A stretch of 64,000 nt of DNA from Alphaproteobacteria bacterium (lineage in GTDB: Bacteria > Pseudomonadota > Alphaproteobacteria > Rickettsiales > UBA1997): NCBI GenBank assembly GCA_030835905.1, contig JAURQX010000040.1:299-64298 (forward strand). The letters run 5' to 3'. A model generated the notes under the pieces. That model was not told the DNA's origin. It ran no database searches and saw only the letters and a list, made by a program, of their open reading frames with translations. The position numbers were made by a program, and so were the translations under genes. This document shows positions 9,066 through 19,130 of the stretch, in pieces. Within the stretch, counting starts at the first letter, position 1, and each line of letters opens with the position of its first letter.

Positions 9066-9200
9066 TCAACTAGCATTTTGCTTATTATCAGCCTGCTTTC
9101 TTCTTAATAAATTATTTCTTAAGGCTTGTGAAAGCTTTTTTTTCTTATTTTCTTTCTTGATATTCTTGTTACAAGATTTGGAGTTATTTCTTTGACTCAT
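9066..9200 (-). CDS. possible 44-aa highly basic small protein, translationally coupled to the ABC exporter
   Basis: Its ATG overlaps the exporter stop as TAATG. The peptide is MSQRNNSKSCNKNIKKENKKKKLSQALRNNLLRRKQADNKQNAS. It is below the ORF-track length cut-off. Confidence 0.3.
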   Translation of the reverse strand: MSQRNNSKSCNKNIKKENKKKKLSQALRNNLLRRKQADNKQNAS

Positions 9201-10969
9201 TATTTGCTAATTTCAAACTGTTTATGATAAAGATCAGCATAAGCTCCATTCTTTTTTAATAGATCTTGATGGGTTCCTTCTTCGACAATTTTACCATTAG
9301 AAACTACCACGATTTTATCAGCATGCATAATTGTTGATAGGCGATGAGCAATAACCACCGAGGTTCTTCCTTTCATTAATTTAGCTAATGCATCCTTAAT
9401 TAGTTTTTCAGAGATTGGATCTAGGGCCGAAGTTGCTTCATCTAATAACAAAATTGGTGAGTCATATAAAATTGCACGAGCAATAGCTATTCTTTGTCTT
9501 TGACCACCTGAAAGTCTAATACCATTTTGCCCAACCTTGGTTTGATATTTGTCTGGCATCTCTTGAATAAATTCATCAGCTTCAGCTAATTTGGCAGCTT
9601 CAATAATTTGTTCTTCGGTAGCATCTTCTTTGCCATAACGAATATTTTCAATAACCGTATCATCAAAAAGCATAACTTCTTGATTCACTACCGACATCGA
9701 TCTTCTTAGTGAACTGATAGTCAAATCACGAATATCTTTGTTATCAAGAGTAATTGATCCAGAAGATGGGTCATAAAAGCGCAGAATCATACTCATAATA
9801 GTAGATTTGCCGCCACCAGAATGACCCACTAGAGCGGTGGTTTTACCTGCCGGTATGTGAAGATTGACGTTATCAAGGGCTAATTTATTGTCAATATAGT
9901 TAAAGCTAACTTTATGAAATTCGATATTACCTTTAATATCTTTGTTTTGAATTGAGAAAGCGTTAGGCTTGTCTACAATAGTTGGTTTTTGATCAAGCAT
10001 TGTGTAAAGACGAGTTAAAGAAGCTAGTCCAAGTTGAACACCGGAATTCATACCCGAAACTGATTTTAATGGGCGATAGGCCATTAACATGGCAGTAAAA
10101 AATGAAAAAAACGCACCTGGAGTTGTCTCACCACTTATTACTTGTTTTCCGCCATACCAAATAACCAAAGCAACACCAATGCCACCCAAAGCTTCAACAA
10201 ATGGTGAGGCTATTAAAGAAATGCGAGATATTTTTTTTCCCATTTTAAAAACACCTTCAATAATTGCTGACATTCTTCTAATTTCAAAATCTTCACAATC
10301 ATAAGCTTTTACCAGCTTTGAATATTGTAAGGTGTCGCTCATATGGCTATTAAACTTTCCTGCTAAATCTTGATCTTTATATGATAAATTTCTTAGTTTT
10401 CGGCCAATTTTATAGATTGGATAAGCGGCGAGGGGAAATCCAACAAAAGCTACTAAAGATAATTCTACACTTTGATAAAACATAACTGCGATTAATCCAA
10501 CAAGGGTTATTAATTGTTTAATAAAGCCGTTGATAACAGTACTAATCATGCCAACGACACGACCAACTTCATGTAAAATGCTAGCCATCATATTGCCTGA
10601 TGAACTTTTATTAAGTTCAGAAATATCAGATTTAATAAAATGAGAATATATTTTAATTCTCAAATCAGAGGTAATTTGTAAAGTAAGGATATTCATTGTT
10701 AAGAGTTGGAAGTAAGTAGCAAAACCCTTAACAAGAGTAATTGCTAAGACCGCCAATGGTATCAAGATTAAAGCGTCAGATTTTTTTTCAACAAAAACTG
10801 AGTCGAGTGCTGGCTTAACCAACCAAGCATGTAGAGAAGTAGTAGCAGCAATTACTAACATTAATATTGCTGAAATTACAAATACACGCCAATGCGGAAA
10901 TATATGTTCTTTGGCAACTCTTATTGATAGATATTTGGTGTTAGAATAGTCAATTGACTTGGAATTCAT
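9200..10969 (-). CDS. msbA: ABC transporter permease/ATPase, MsbA-like lipid exporter
   Basis: Six-TM N-terminal domain followed by Walker A GHSGGGKST, signature LSGGQRQR and Walker B LLLDEATS. Confidence 0.75.
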   Translation of the reverse strand: MNSKSIDYSNTKYLSIRVAKEHIFPHWRVFVISAILMLVIAATTSLHAWLVKPALDSVFVEKKSDALILIPLAVLAITLVKGFATYFQLLTMNILTLQITSDLRIKIYSHFIKSDISELNKSSSGNMMASILHEVGRVVGMISTVINGFIKQLITLVGLIAVMFYQSVELSLVAFVGFPLAAYPIYKIGRKLRNLSYKDQDLAGKFNSHMSDTLQYSKLVKAYDCEDFEIRRMSAIIEGVFKMGKKISRISLIASPFVEALGGIGVALVIWYGGKQVISGETTPGAFFSFFTAMLMAYRPLKSVSGMNSGVQLGLASLTRLYTMLDQKPTIVDKPNAFSIQNKDIKGNIEFHKVSFNYIDNKLALDNVNLHIPAGKTTALVGHSGGGKSTIMSMILRFYDPSSGSITLDNKDIRDLTISSLRRSMSVVNQEVMLFDDTVIENIRYGKEDATEEQIIEAAKLAEADEFIQEMPDKYQTKVGQNGIRLSGGQRQRIAIARAILYDSPILLLDEATSALDPISEKLIKDALAKLMKGRTSVVIAHRLSTIMHADKIVVVSNGKIVEEGTHQDLLKKNGAYADLYHKQFEISK

Positions 10970-11017
10970 GAGTTATAACTTATTTTAAAAAAGTGAAATT
11001 CTTAGATTAAAACTACT

Positions 11018-12799
11018 ATGATTAATATATTCAATATATTTAAAGAACAATTTATTGATGCCATTGATAAAGTGGCAAAAGATTGCAATATTATATTAGA
11101 TCAAAATCTTTTAAAAAATATAGTCATAGAACCAGCCAAGGATAGATCTCATGGTGATATAGCTTGCAATATTGCTATGGTGATGATCAAAAATTTTACA
11201 AGCAGCAATCTAAAAAATCCCCGTTTATTAGCGCAACAAATAATAAATAATCTCAACAAAGTTAGCATTGCTAAAATTGATATTGCTGGTGCTGGATTCA
11301 TTAATATCAAAATCAAAAAACGATTATTACAAGAGGTTATTTTTGATATTGCAATTGCCAAAGAAATTAAACTGGAAAGTATAGGACAATCTGTTAAAAT
11401 TAATCTAGAATACGCCTCACCAAATCCAACAGGACCAATTCATGTTGGTCATACTCGTGGTGCAATTTATGGTGATGTTTTAGGGAATTTACTTGAAAAA
11501 GTTGGTTATGAAGTGCTTCGTGAATATTATATTAATGATGCCGGTGCACAAATAGAAGTTCTTCTTAAGTCAGCTTATTTAAGATATTTAGAGGCTTGTG
11601 GTGATAAGATTGAAATTACTGAAGGTCTTTATCCGGGGGAATATTTAATTGATATTGGTAAAAAAATAAAAAAACAATTTGGAGTTAGGTTAAAAAATCT
11701 TGAAGAATCTCAAATTTTAACAGAAATCAGAGATTTTGTGGTTGAACAAATGGTAGATTTAATTAAAACAGATCTTCTAGCTCTTGGCATCAAACATGAT
11801 AACTATTTTTCAGAAAAAAAAGAACTTCATGATCAAAATAAAATTTTAGAAACTATCAATTTTTTACGAATAAAAGGTCTAATTTACGAAGGTACAACTC
11901 AAGAACCATTTACCCAAAAAGGCCAGAAAAATTCCAACCAAGAAGAGCAAACATTATTTAAATCAACTGATTTTGGCGATGATCAGGATCGAGTAGTTTT
12001 AAAAAGTGACAAAACACCCACTTATTTTGCCGGAGATATAGCCTACACTCAAAGCAAAATTAACAGAGGTGCTAATATTTTGATCATGCCTTTAGGTTAT
12101 GATCATGCAGGATATGTTAAAAGATTAACCGCAGTAACCAAAGTTTTGAGTAATGATAAAGTAAAGATAAAAATTATCTTATGTCAGTTAGTAAAATTTG
12201 TCAAAGATGGTCAGCCACTGAAAATGTCAAAAAGAGCAGGTAATTTTATTACCGCTAAAGATGTTATAGATGAAATTGGCGCTGATGTTTTAAGATTTAC
12301 TATGCTAACTCGCAAAAATGATGCACCTTTTGATTTTGACTTGGTAAAAGCTGTTGAACAATCAAAAGATAACCCGGTTTTTTATGTGCAATATGCTCAC
12401 GCCAGATGCTGCTCAATATTAAGAAATCTAAAAAAAGATAATTTAGAATTTTATAACCAAATATTTGAAGTAACCAAACAAAAAAATGCTGACTTTTTAA
12501 ATTTATTAAATGATGAAGGTGAAATAGAACTAATGCTAAAAATTGCTAATTTTCCAAGAATTATTGAAATGGCTACCAATAGTTTTGAACCTCACCGTTT
12601 AGCTTTTTACGCACAAGATCTTGCTAGTTCATTTCATGGTTTATGGCATAAAGGCAGTGAAGATTCTAAGCTAAAATTTATTATTAATGATAATTACGAC
12701 TTAACAAAAGCTAGAATATTTTTAGTACTGGCCCTAAAAAATTCTATAGCAAATATTTTGGATATTTTTGGGATTAAACCAATCAATGAAATGAAATAA
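11018..12799 (+). CDS. argS: arginine--tRNA ligase
   Basis: SPNPTGPIHVGHTRGA (HIGH region), the MSKRAG (KMSK-like) motif, and 593 aa in length. Confidence 0.93.
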   Translation: MINIFNIFKEQFIDAIDKVAKDCNIILDQNLLKNIVIEPAKDRSHGDIACNIAMVMIKNFTSSNLKNPRLLAQQIINNLNKVSIAKIDIAGAGFINIKIKKRLLQEVIFDIAIAKEIKLESIGQSVKINLEYASPNPTGPIHVGHTRGAIYGDVLGNLLEKVGYEVLREYYINDAGAQIEVLLKSAYLRYLEACGDKIEITEGLYPGEYLIDIGKKIKKQFGVRLKNLEESQILTEIRDFVVEQMVDLIKTDLLALGIKHDNYFSEKKELHDQNKILETINFLRIKGLIYEGTTQEPFTQKGQKNSNQEEQTLFKSTDFGDDQDRVVLKSDKTPTYFAGDIAYTQSKINRGANILIMPLGYDHAGYVKRLTAVTKVLSNDKVKIKIILCQLVKFVKDGQPLKMSKRAGNFITAKDVIDEIGADVLRFTMLTRKNDAPFDFDLVKAVEQSKDNPVFYVQYAHARCCSILRNLKKDNLEFYNQIFEVTKQKNADFLNLLNDEGEIELMLKIANFPRIIEMATNSFEPHRLAFYAQDLASSFHGLWHKGSEDSKLKFIINDNYDLTKARIFLVLALKNSIANILDIFGIKPINEMK

Positions 12800-13590
12800 T
12801 GGAAGATTTTGGCTATAGAAAAAACAACAATCCAAATATTTCAAAGATTATTAAAAAGCTATTATTATTGTCGATTGTTTTTGCTTCAATCAGCTGTTTT
12901 ATTTTAATCAGTATCTTTGCTTATAATTACTTTTATAAGAAAAATGATGATGAAATTGAGATAATCAAATCTCCAAAAAACCCAATAAAGGTTTTTGCTA
13001 AACATGAGCCTGTAAAAAAAAGCTTTGATCAGTTTGTCTATAATGATATTTTTGAAAATGGCGAATCACTAAAGGAGCCAGCTAAAATTATTAGAAATCC
13101 TGAACCTAAAAAGCCGCCAATTATAAATAAATCTTCAGATTCTAGCGACTTTAACTCTCAACAGCTACAAGAACAAAATTATAATGATCCAAAAACTTCA
13201 ACTCATAAAAATTCACCAGAAAAAATAATAATCTTTGAACAAGAAAAAAAGAACAATCAGCAGGTTAAAAATATTTTTAAAACAAAAACATTGCCAGAGA
13301 TACAAAAGGATAATAAAGATAGGATCCAAAAAAAGAGAATCAGAGTCCAAGTTGCTGCTTTGACTTCAACTCAATCTGCTGAAATAAGTTGGGAAAAGCT
13401 TAATCGATTATATCCTGACTTATTTTTTAATTTAAAGCATTATGTTCAAAAAGTTGATCTAGAAAATAGAGGAATATTTTATCGCTTACAAATTGGTGAT
13501 TTTTACAATCAAATAAAAGCCGAAGAGTTCTGTAAAAAATATATTATAAAATCAGGCAAGACAGGGGCGGACTGTATAATTGTGGAGTAA
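12799..13590 (+). CDS. SPOR domain-containing membrane protein
   Basis: N-terminal TM helix, a low-complexity linker, and a C-terminal RVQVAALTS...YRLQIGDF SPOR-like domain. Start overlaps the argS stop (TAATG). Confidence 0.75.
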   Translation: MEDFGYRKNNNPNISKIIKKLLLLSIVFASISCFILISIFAYNYFYKKNDDEIEIIKSPKNPIKVFAKHEPVKKSFDQFVYNDIFENGESLKEPAKIIRNPEPKKPPIINKSSDSSDFNSQQLQEQNYNDPKTSTHKNSPEKIIIFEQEKKNNQQVKNIFKTKTLPEIQKDNKDRIQKKRIRVQVAALTSTQSAEISWEKLNRLYPDLFFNLKHYVQKVDLENRGIFYRLQIGDFYNQIKAEEFCKKYIIKSGKTGADCIIVE

Positions 13591-13597
13591 AACTCAT

Positions 13598-13667
13598 TAA
13601 ATTTGCTGACGCAAATTTATATTTAAGTTGAATTAATTTTGCTAAAAGCGGTTTTAGCAAAATTAAT
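13598..13667 (+). terminator. two consecutive hairpins downstream of the SPOR gene
   Basis: taaatttgc-tgac-gcaaattta (13598..13619) and aattaattttgctaaa-agcggt-tttagcaaaattaat (13631..13667), followed by an AT/T-rich tail. Confidence 0.4.
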
Positions 13668-13676
13668 AATTATATT

Positions 13677-15089
13677 TTGAAAGAGGTGAAAAATTCATTA
13701 TTATCAATTAAAAATCTTGGAGTTGCTTTTGGCGATAGTGAAATTTTTAGTGATTTTAATCTTGAACTAAAATCTAAAAAAATTACCGCATTGGTAGGTC
13801 AAAGTGGCTGTGGCAAATCATCAATTGCTTTGGCAATTATGAATCTTCTTAAAAATGCCAAAATTTCAGGGCGAATTATCTTCGAAGATAAGAATTTGCT
13901 TAAGTTAGGAGGGGATGAAATTTGTAAAATTCGTGGGCAAAAAATTTCGATGATTTTTCAAGATCCAAATACTTCGCTAAATCCACTACACAAAATTGGC
14001 AAACAAATCGCTGAAATTATCATTATTCACCAGCCAAAAATTGCCAAAAAAGATTTAGAAAAAAGAGTTTTGGAATTGCTTGATTTGGTTGATCTAAAAG
14101 ATTTTAAAGCTCGCTTAAATAATTATCCTCATCAACTTTCGGGTGGACAAAAACAAAGAATTATGATTGCAATGGCTTTGGCGAATAATCCAAAAATTTT
14201 GATTGCCGACGAACCAACTACAGCACTTGATTTTGAAACTCAGCAAGAAATTTTAGATTTATTGGTTACTCTTAAAAAAGAGCTTGGCTTGGCAATTTTG
14301 CTGATAACTCATAATTTAAATATTGTTGAAAAAATTGCTGATGAAGTGATTTATATTGGCGAAAAATTTGAAAAATCAGAGGTTAAAACATTAAAAAAAG
14401 CCACAAATAACCCATGTACACCAATAATTTTGCATGCAACTAATTTAAGTGTGAATTATGGCAAATTTTTGGCACTTAAAAATATTAATTTTTCTTTGAA
14501 AGAAGGTGAAAATCTTGGCATAGTTGGTAAAAGTGGCTCTGGTAAATCAACATTGGCACTAGCCTTAACAAATCTATGTAAATTTAATGGTCAAATCAGG
14601 GTTTTTGGTAATAAAAATTGGCAAAATCATCAAAAATTATTGCGTCAAGAAATACAAATTGTCTTTCAAGATCCTTTTTCTTCTTTAAGTCCGCGCTTTA
14701 AAATCAAAGATATAATTGCTGAAGGCTTGAGAATTCACAAAATTGCTAATGACAAAAGTCAAGAAAAAATGGTCGATGAGGTTTTAAAAAAAATGAATTT
14801 AGATTTGTCACTCAAAGATCGCTATCCTCATCAGCTATCTGGTGGTCAACGGCAAAGAGTAGCAATTGCTCGTGCTTTGATTTTAAAACCCAAAATTTTA
14901 ATTCTTGATGAACCAACTTCCGCTCTTGATTACAAAACACAAAATGAGATTGTAAATTTATTACTAGATCTTCAAAAAGATCATAAGATTTCTTATATAA
15001 CAATATCGCACGATCTTGAGGTAGTTAAATTAATTTCTGGAAAAATAGTTGAAATTTCAGTTTCTAAAATTCAAGATCATTTTTTTTAA
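13677..15089 (+). CDS. ABC transporter ATP-binding protein with two ATPase domains (YejF/DppDF-like)
   Basis: Two sets of ABC motifs: Walker A GQSGCGKSS and GKSGSGKST, LSGGQKQR and LSGGQRQR, ADEPTT and LDEPTS. TTG start. Confidence 0.8.
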   Translation: MKEVKNSLLSIKNLGVAFGDSEIFSDFNLELKSKKITALVGQSGCGKSSIALAIMNLLKNAKISGRIIFEDKNLLKLGGDEICKIRGQKISMIFQDPNTSLNPLHKIGKQIAEIIIIHQPKIAKKDLEKRVLELLDLVDLKDFKARLNNYPHQLSGGQKQRIMIAMALANNPKILIADEPTTALDFETQQEILDLLVTLKKELGLAILLITHNLNIVEKIADEVIYIGEKFEKSEVKTLKKATNNPCTPIILHATNLSVNYGKFLALKNINFSLKEGENLGIVGKSGSGKSTLALALTNLCKFNGQIRVFGNKNWQNHQKLLRQEIQIVFQDPFSSLSPRFKIKDIIAEGLRIHKIANDKSQEKMVDEVLKKMNLDLSLKDRYPHQLSGGQRQRVAIARALILKPKILILDEPTSALDYKTQNEIVNLLLDLQKDHKISYITISHDLEVVKLISGKIVEISVSKIQDHFF

Positions 15090-15104
15090 AAAAACTTAAA
15101 ATTT

Positions 15105-16034
15105 ATGAATTACAAAAATACAAATAGAGCTTTTTCTCTTATAGAGTTATCAATTGTAATTTTGATAATAGGTTTGCTGATTGCTGGCATAACTAAAGGA
15201 TCAGAGCTTTATTACAAGATGAAAATTGCAACCGCTCAAAGGTCTGATAATGACTTAACCTTTCATCTAAATTATATAGGTGGTGTTTCTTTAAGATTAG
15301 ATGCTTTAAATCAAGACAGCTTCAATCAAAATGAAGTTAGTGATGGTTCAAGAATCACTAACTGGTATGATGTAAAGCCAGAAGAAAATGGCGCTCCCAT
15401 AAATTTGTCGCAGTCAGGTAATTCAAGACCTTATTACAAAAAAAATGGAGTTAACGGGCTTCCTTCGGTTAAGTTTAAAGGTGGTGGAGCAACTAATATT
15501 AAAAAGACTAACTTAAGCGCTGAAGATTTAGTTGGCAATAGATACGCAACTATTTTCATTGTGCAAAATAGGTTGGCTGGTGGTGCTAATATTTTTCGTT
15601 GGGACGACGGTCAAAAAAGAATTTCTCTTGGAGGTGCAAGATCTACCTCGCCATATATGTGGTTTGATTATGGTATATATCCAGTTAGCGTTCCGAATCA
15701 AAGTATTACTATTGCTAACAATCCAATCTCTAGTTTAATTTCGGTTGATGCAAATAATCTTCCTGTTGACGCCATTGGTAAGCCTCACATCTTGGCATTA
15801 CTAAAAAACGGCAATCTGCTTAAAATCAGATATGATGGTCAATTTATTGCAGGAGTTGACTCTGGTGCAACTGCGCAAGTTGAAGGAACTAGAGCCGGTT
15901 TATTTGAAATTGGTCAAGATTTTGACGGCCTAATTGGTGAGTTTGTAGTTTTTAATAAGGCTTTATCAACGGCCGAAATCAAAAAAATCGAAGGTTACCT
16001 AGGTCAAAAATGGGGTATTGAAGTTATTCATTAA
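15105..16034 (+). CDS. pilin-like (class III signal) protein with LamG-like domain, paralogue 1
   Basis: N-terminus NRAFSLIELSIVILIIGLLIAGITKG. C-terminus FDGLIGEFVVFNKALSTAEIKKIEGYLGQKWGI is typical of LamG/concanavalin-like jelly-roll domains. Confidence 0.75.
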   Translation: MNYKNTNRAFSLIELSIVILIIGLLIAGITKGSELYYKMKIATAQRSDNDLTFHLNYIGGVSLRLDALNQDSFNQNEVSDGSRITNWYDVKPEENGAPINLSQSGNSRPYYKKNGVNGLPSVKFKGGGATNIKKTNLSAEDLVGNRYATIFIVQNRLAGGANIFRWDDGQKRISLGGARSTSPYMWFDYGIYPVSVPNQSITIANNPISSLISVDANNLPVDAIGKPHILALLKNGNLLKIRYDGQFIAGVDSGATAQVEGTRAGLFEIGQDFDGLIGEFVVFNKALSTAEIKKIEGYLGQKWGIEVIH

Positions 16035-16092
16035 TTGAATGATATAAAAACAATCCTAAATTTGCTTTTTCATTAAAATTTTTAGTCAAAAA

Positions 16093-17715
16093 ATGAAAGA
16101 AAAAGTAAATCTCAAAAAGCCCGAACTCCTCTTGCCAGCTGGCAATTTAACTCGTCTTAAAACTGCAATTCTTTATGGGGCAGATGCGGTTTACCTTGGA
16201 ACGCCTGATATGTCGCTACGCACCAAATCTGCTTTTACTTTGGAAGATGTGATTGAAGGTATAGAATATGCTCATCAATTTGGTAAAAAAGTCTATCTTA
16301 CGCTTAATCTTTTTTCGCATAATAAAGATATTGAAAAATTGCCGCAATTTTTAGAAACAGTTAAAAAAGTTAAGCCAGATGGTTTGATTGTTTCTGATCC
16401 GGGGGTTTTTCAATTTTGCAAAAGTCATGCTCCAGAAATTGAATTGCACATTTCAACGCAAGCCAATGTTTGCTCATGGTTAACGGTAGATTTTTGGCAA
16501 AAACAAGGTGCTTCTTTGGTGGTAATGGCAAGAGAAGTTTCGTTTGAAGAGTTGGCCGAAATTCGCAATAAATGTCCAAATATAAAAATCGAAACTTTCA
16601 TTCATGGCTCAATGTGCATGACCTATTCGGGTCGTTGCTTATTATCTAACTTTTTGGCTGAAAGAGGTGCAAATCAGGGAAGTTGCGCTCATTCTTGTCG
16701 TTGGGGCTATAAATTAAAAATTAAACTTAAAGATAACACTGAGCATGAAATTGAAGTTAATGAGGATAATAAAGAGCTTTTTGATTTCTTTTTAGAAGAA
16801 GAAATTCGTCCAGGACAACTTATACCATTTGAAGAAGATGTGAGTGGTTCATATATTTTAAATTCTAAAGATTTGTGCTTATTACCTAAGCTTGATGAAT
16901 ATATCAAAATTGGTCTTGATTCGTTCAAAGTTGAAGGTCGTAACAAAACCGAGTTTTACGCTGGTTCTGTGGCAAGAGTTTACCGTGCAGCAATTGATGA
17001 TTATTTAGCTGATCCAAAGAGCTGGAATCATCAAGATTATATGGCAGAAATTAATGCTGTAGCCAATCGTGGTTATACTTTGGCTTTTCATGATGGCAGA
17101 TTAACCAATTTAGCTCATGATTACGAAAGTACTGGCTCGACTTCTTTTTATGAGTTTGCTGGTCGCGTGGTTGAATGGCAAGAGGATGATTTAATTTTCG
17201 AAGCTAAAAATATGTTGCAAGCTGGTGATGTTTTAGAGTTTTTATCACCTTTTCAAAGACAACCAATTTTACTTAGAATTTATCAATTCATTAATGCTAA
17301 AACTGGTGAAGTAACTGATAAAATTCATGCTGGCGTGAAGCCACAAATTAGAATTAACGCTTCAGAGTTTCATTTAATTGCTAGGGAAGATTTAAAGAAA
17401 TCACTGCCTGAATTTAGCTTAATTCGTAAAGAAAGATTAAATATTGAAAGTGAAAAACTAAAAGTAGAATCAAGAAACTTATCGCACCAACTAGAAGCAG
17501 GAGAAATTAAAGAGCAAAAATATGATGATAAGAAAAAGAGATATTTTGAAAGCTTAAAGATTGCTGATGATAAAATATGCCCAAGAACTCCAAGAATAGG
17601 AGTCGAAGGTTGTTGTGGCAAGGGTTGTAATGGCTGTTTAATTTTTTGGCATGATGAAAAATATTCCAAAGCTCGACAGCTCATGAAAGACAAAAAAATT
17701 GGCGAGATGCTGTAA
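16093..17715 (+). CDS. peptidase U32 family protein (YegQ/TrhP-like) with Cys-rich C-terminal extension
   Basis: PELLLPAGNLTRLKTAILYGADAVYLG, HGSMCMTYSGRCLLS and the FKVEGR motif. The C-terminus carries CCGKGCNGCLIFW. Confidence 0.8.
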   Translation: MKEKVNLKKPELLLPAGNLTRLKTAILYGADAVYLGTPDMSLRTKSAFTLEDVIEGIEYAHQFGKKVYLTLNLFSHNKDIEKLPQFLETVKKVKPDGLIVSDPGVFQFCKSHAPEIELHISTQANVCSWLTVDFWQKQGASLVVMAREVSFEELAEIRNKCPNIKIETFIHGSMCMTYSGRCLLSNFLAERGANQGSCAHSCRWGYKLKIKLKDNTEHEIEVNEDNKELFDFFLEEEIRPGQLIPFEEDVSGSYILNSKDLCLLPKLDEYIKIGLDSFKVEGRNKTEFYAGSVARVYRAAIDDYLADPKSWNHQDYMAEINAVANRGYTLAFHDGRLTNLAHDYESTGSTSFYEFAGRVVEWQEDDLIFEAKNMLQAGDVLEFLSPFQRQPILLRIYQFINAKTGEVTDKIHAGVKPQIRINASEFHLIAREDLKKSLPEFSLIRKERLNIESEKLKVESRNLSHQLEAGEIKEQKYDDKKKRYFESLKIADDKICPRTPRIGVEGCCGKGCNGCLIFWHDEKYSKARQLMKDKKIGEML

Positions 17716-17998
17716 ATATTTTTTTGAGACTAAATAACAATTCTATAAACTATCAGGAAGAGATAATTGTAATTTAGATTTTAGTTGCTAAAGTACTATA
17801 GATTTGACCAAACACTAATAATCCAGTCTTTGTATATGCTAAATATACCTAGTCTTTTAAGCAAAAAATCATTAAAAAATTAAGCATTGAATATTGATGA
17901 TACAGGTTTAATTCTTCAATAATCTTTTTTACAAACTCCAAATTATCTATCTAATATACAAGGGTTGGATTTGGGGTAGCAATAAAAATTTCTAACTT

Positions 17999-18934
17999 AT
18001 GATAAAAAATCAAAATAAAGCTTTTTCTTTAATCGAGCTTTCAATTGTAATTCTGATAATTGGTTTGCTAGTTGCTGGAATTGTAAAGGGTCAAGGACTA
18101 TATAATAAAATGAAAATTATTAGTGCTGCATCGCTTACTAATAACTCAGTTGTTAACTCAATTCCTAACCTGGATGCATGGTATGAGACAACTGCTTCTA
18201 AAAGCTTTAATAGTAGTGATTTACAAGATGGGGGTCAAATTAATAATTGGTACGATATTAATCCGACGATGTCGGAAAAGAAAAATCTAGCTAAATATTC
18301 AGCATCTTATAATCTGCCAACTTACAAAAAAAATTGTATTAACGGGTTGCCATGTGTTGATTTTAATGGTATTGACCAATGCCTACTATCCAATAACAAA
18401 ATTAATATTGTTGGAGCTACCACAGGAACTATTTTTGTTGTCGGGCAAACAAGGGAAGGTGTTGTTGGAAATACCGCTTTATACATTGGTCCAACCTCAG
18501 GATCAGTAGCTCGAAGGCAAATAGTCTTAGATTTTAGTAAAGATGATGAATCGGGTAATGAAAATGCTGGTATATCTGGCTATCGTTTTATTGGTTCAAA
18601 TTATATTTTCAATAAGCCATTTAACGATCAAGATTTTATATCTACTTGGTCTTGGTCAAGTCCAGATGTTAGTAATGATAATTTTAACCTCTATATTAAT
18701 GGCGTTGCTCAGACAAAGCATAGTAGTACAATTCTAGGAGGTAAATTGAACATTGCTAATCACAAATTTACTATTGGAGCTTCTCATAATAGAGTTACAG
18801 GCAATGCATGTACTAGTTTTTTTAATGGCAGTATCGCAGAGATAATTATTTTTAGAAAAAACCTTAGAACTGCGCAAAGAAAATCAGTTGAGAAGTACCT
18901 ATCTCAAAAATACGGCATCTCAGTAACTCACTAA
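17999..18934 (+). CDS. pilin-like (class III signal) protein with LamG-like domain, paralogue 2
   Basis: NKAFSLIELSIVILIIGLLVAGIVKG N-terminus. C-terminus FNGSIAEIIIFRKNLRTAQRKSVEKYLSQKYGISVTH. Confidence 0.75.
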   Translation: MIKNQNKAFSLIELSIVILIIGLLVAGIVKGQGLYNKMKIISAASLTNNSVVNSIPNLDAWYETTASKSFNSSDLQDGGQINNWYDINPTMSEKKNLAKYSASYNLPTYKKNCINGLPCVDFNGIDQCLLSNNKINIVGATTGTIFVVGQTREGVVGNTALYIGPTSGSVARRQIVLDFSKDDESGNENAGISGYRFIGSNYIFNKPFNDQDFISTWSWSSPDVSNDNFNLYINGVAQTKHSSTILGGKLNIANHKFTIGASHNRVTGNACTSFFNGSIAEIIIFRKNLRTAQRKSVEKYLSQKYGISVTH

Positions 18935-19130
18935 GATTAAAAGTACAAAAAAACTATAAACTATCCTTGTTTTCTCTGGAATTATACCAACTTCAGGTGA
19001 AAAAGATGAAGGATTAATGTGCTAAAAATATAACAGATGGAACAGATGGGACCTTGTGTTATTGGCACTATCTTTTAATAAATGGGTTAATAATTATAAA
19101 AAAGGTTTTTGATGGAAATAGTATTAAATT

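Noticed and set aside
17730..17777. 13-bp-stem hairpin (ctaaataacaatt/aattgtaatttag) after the U32 gene, and the shared ctataaactatc 12-mer at about 17745 and 18953
   Set aside because: This is plausibly a terminator. However, the stem is almost pure A/T with a 22-nt loop, and the 12-mer repeat is within chance expectation for this base composition.
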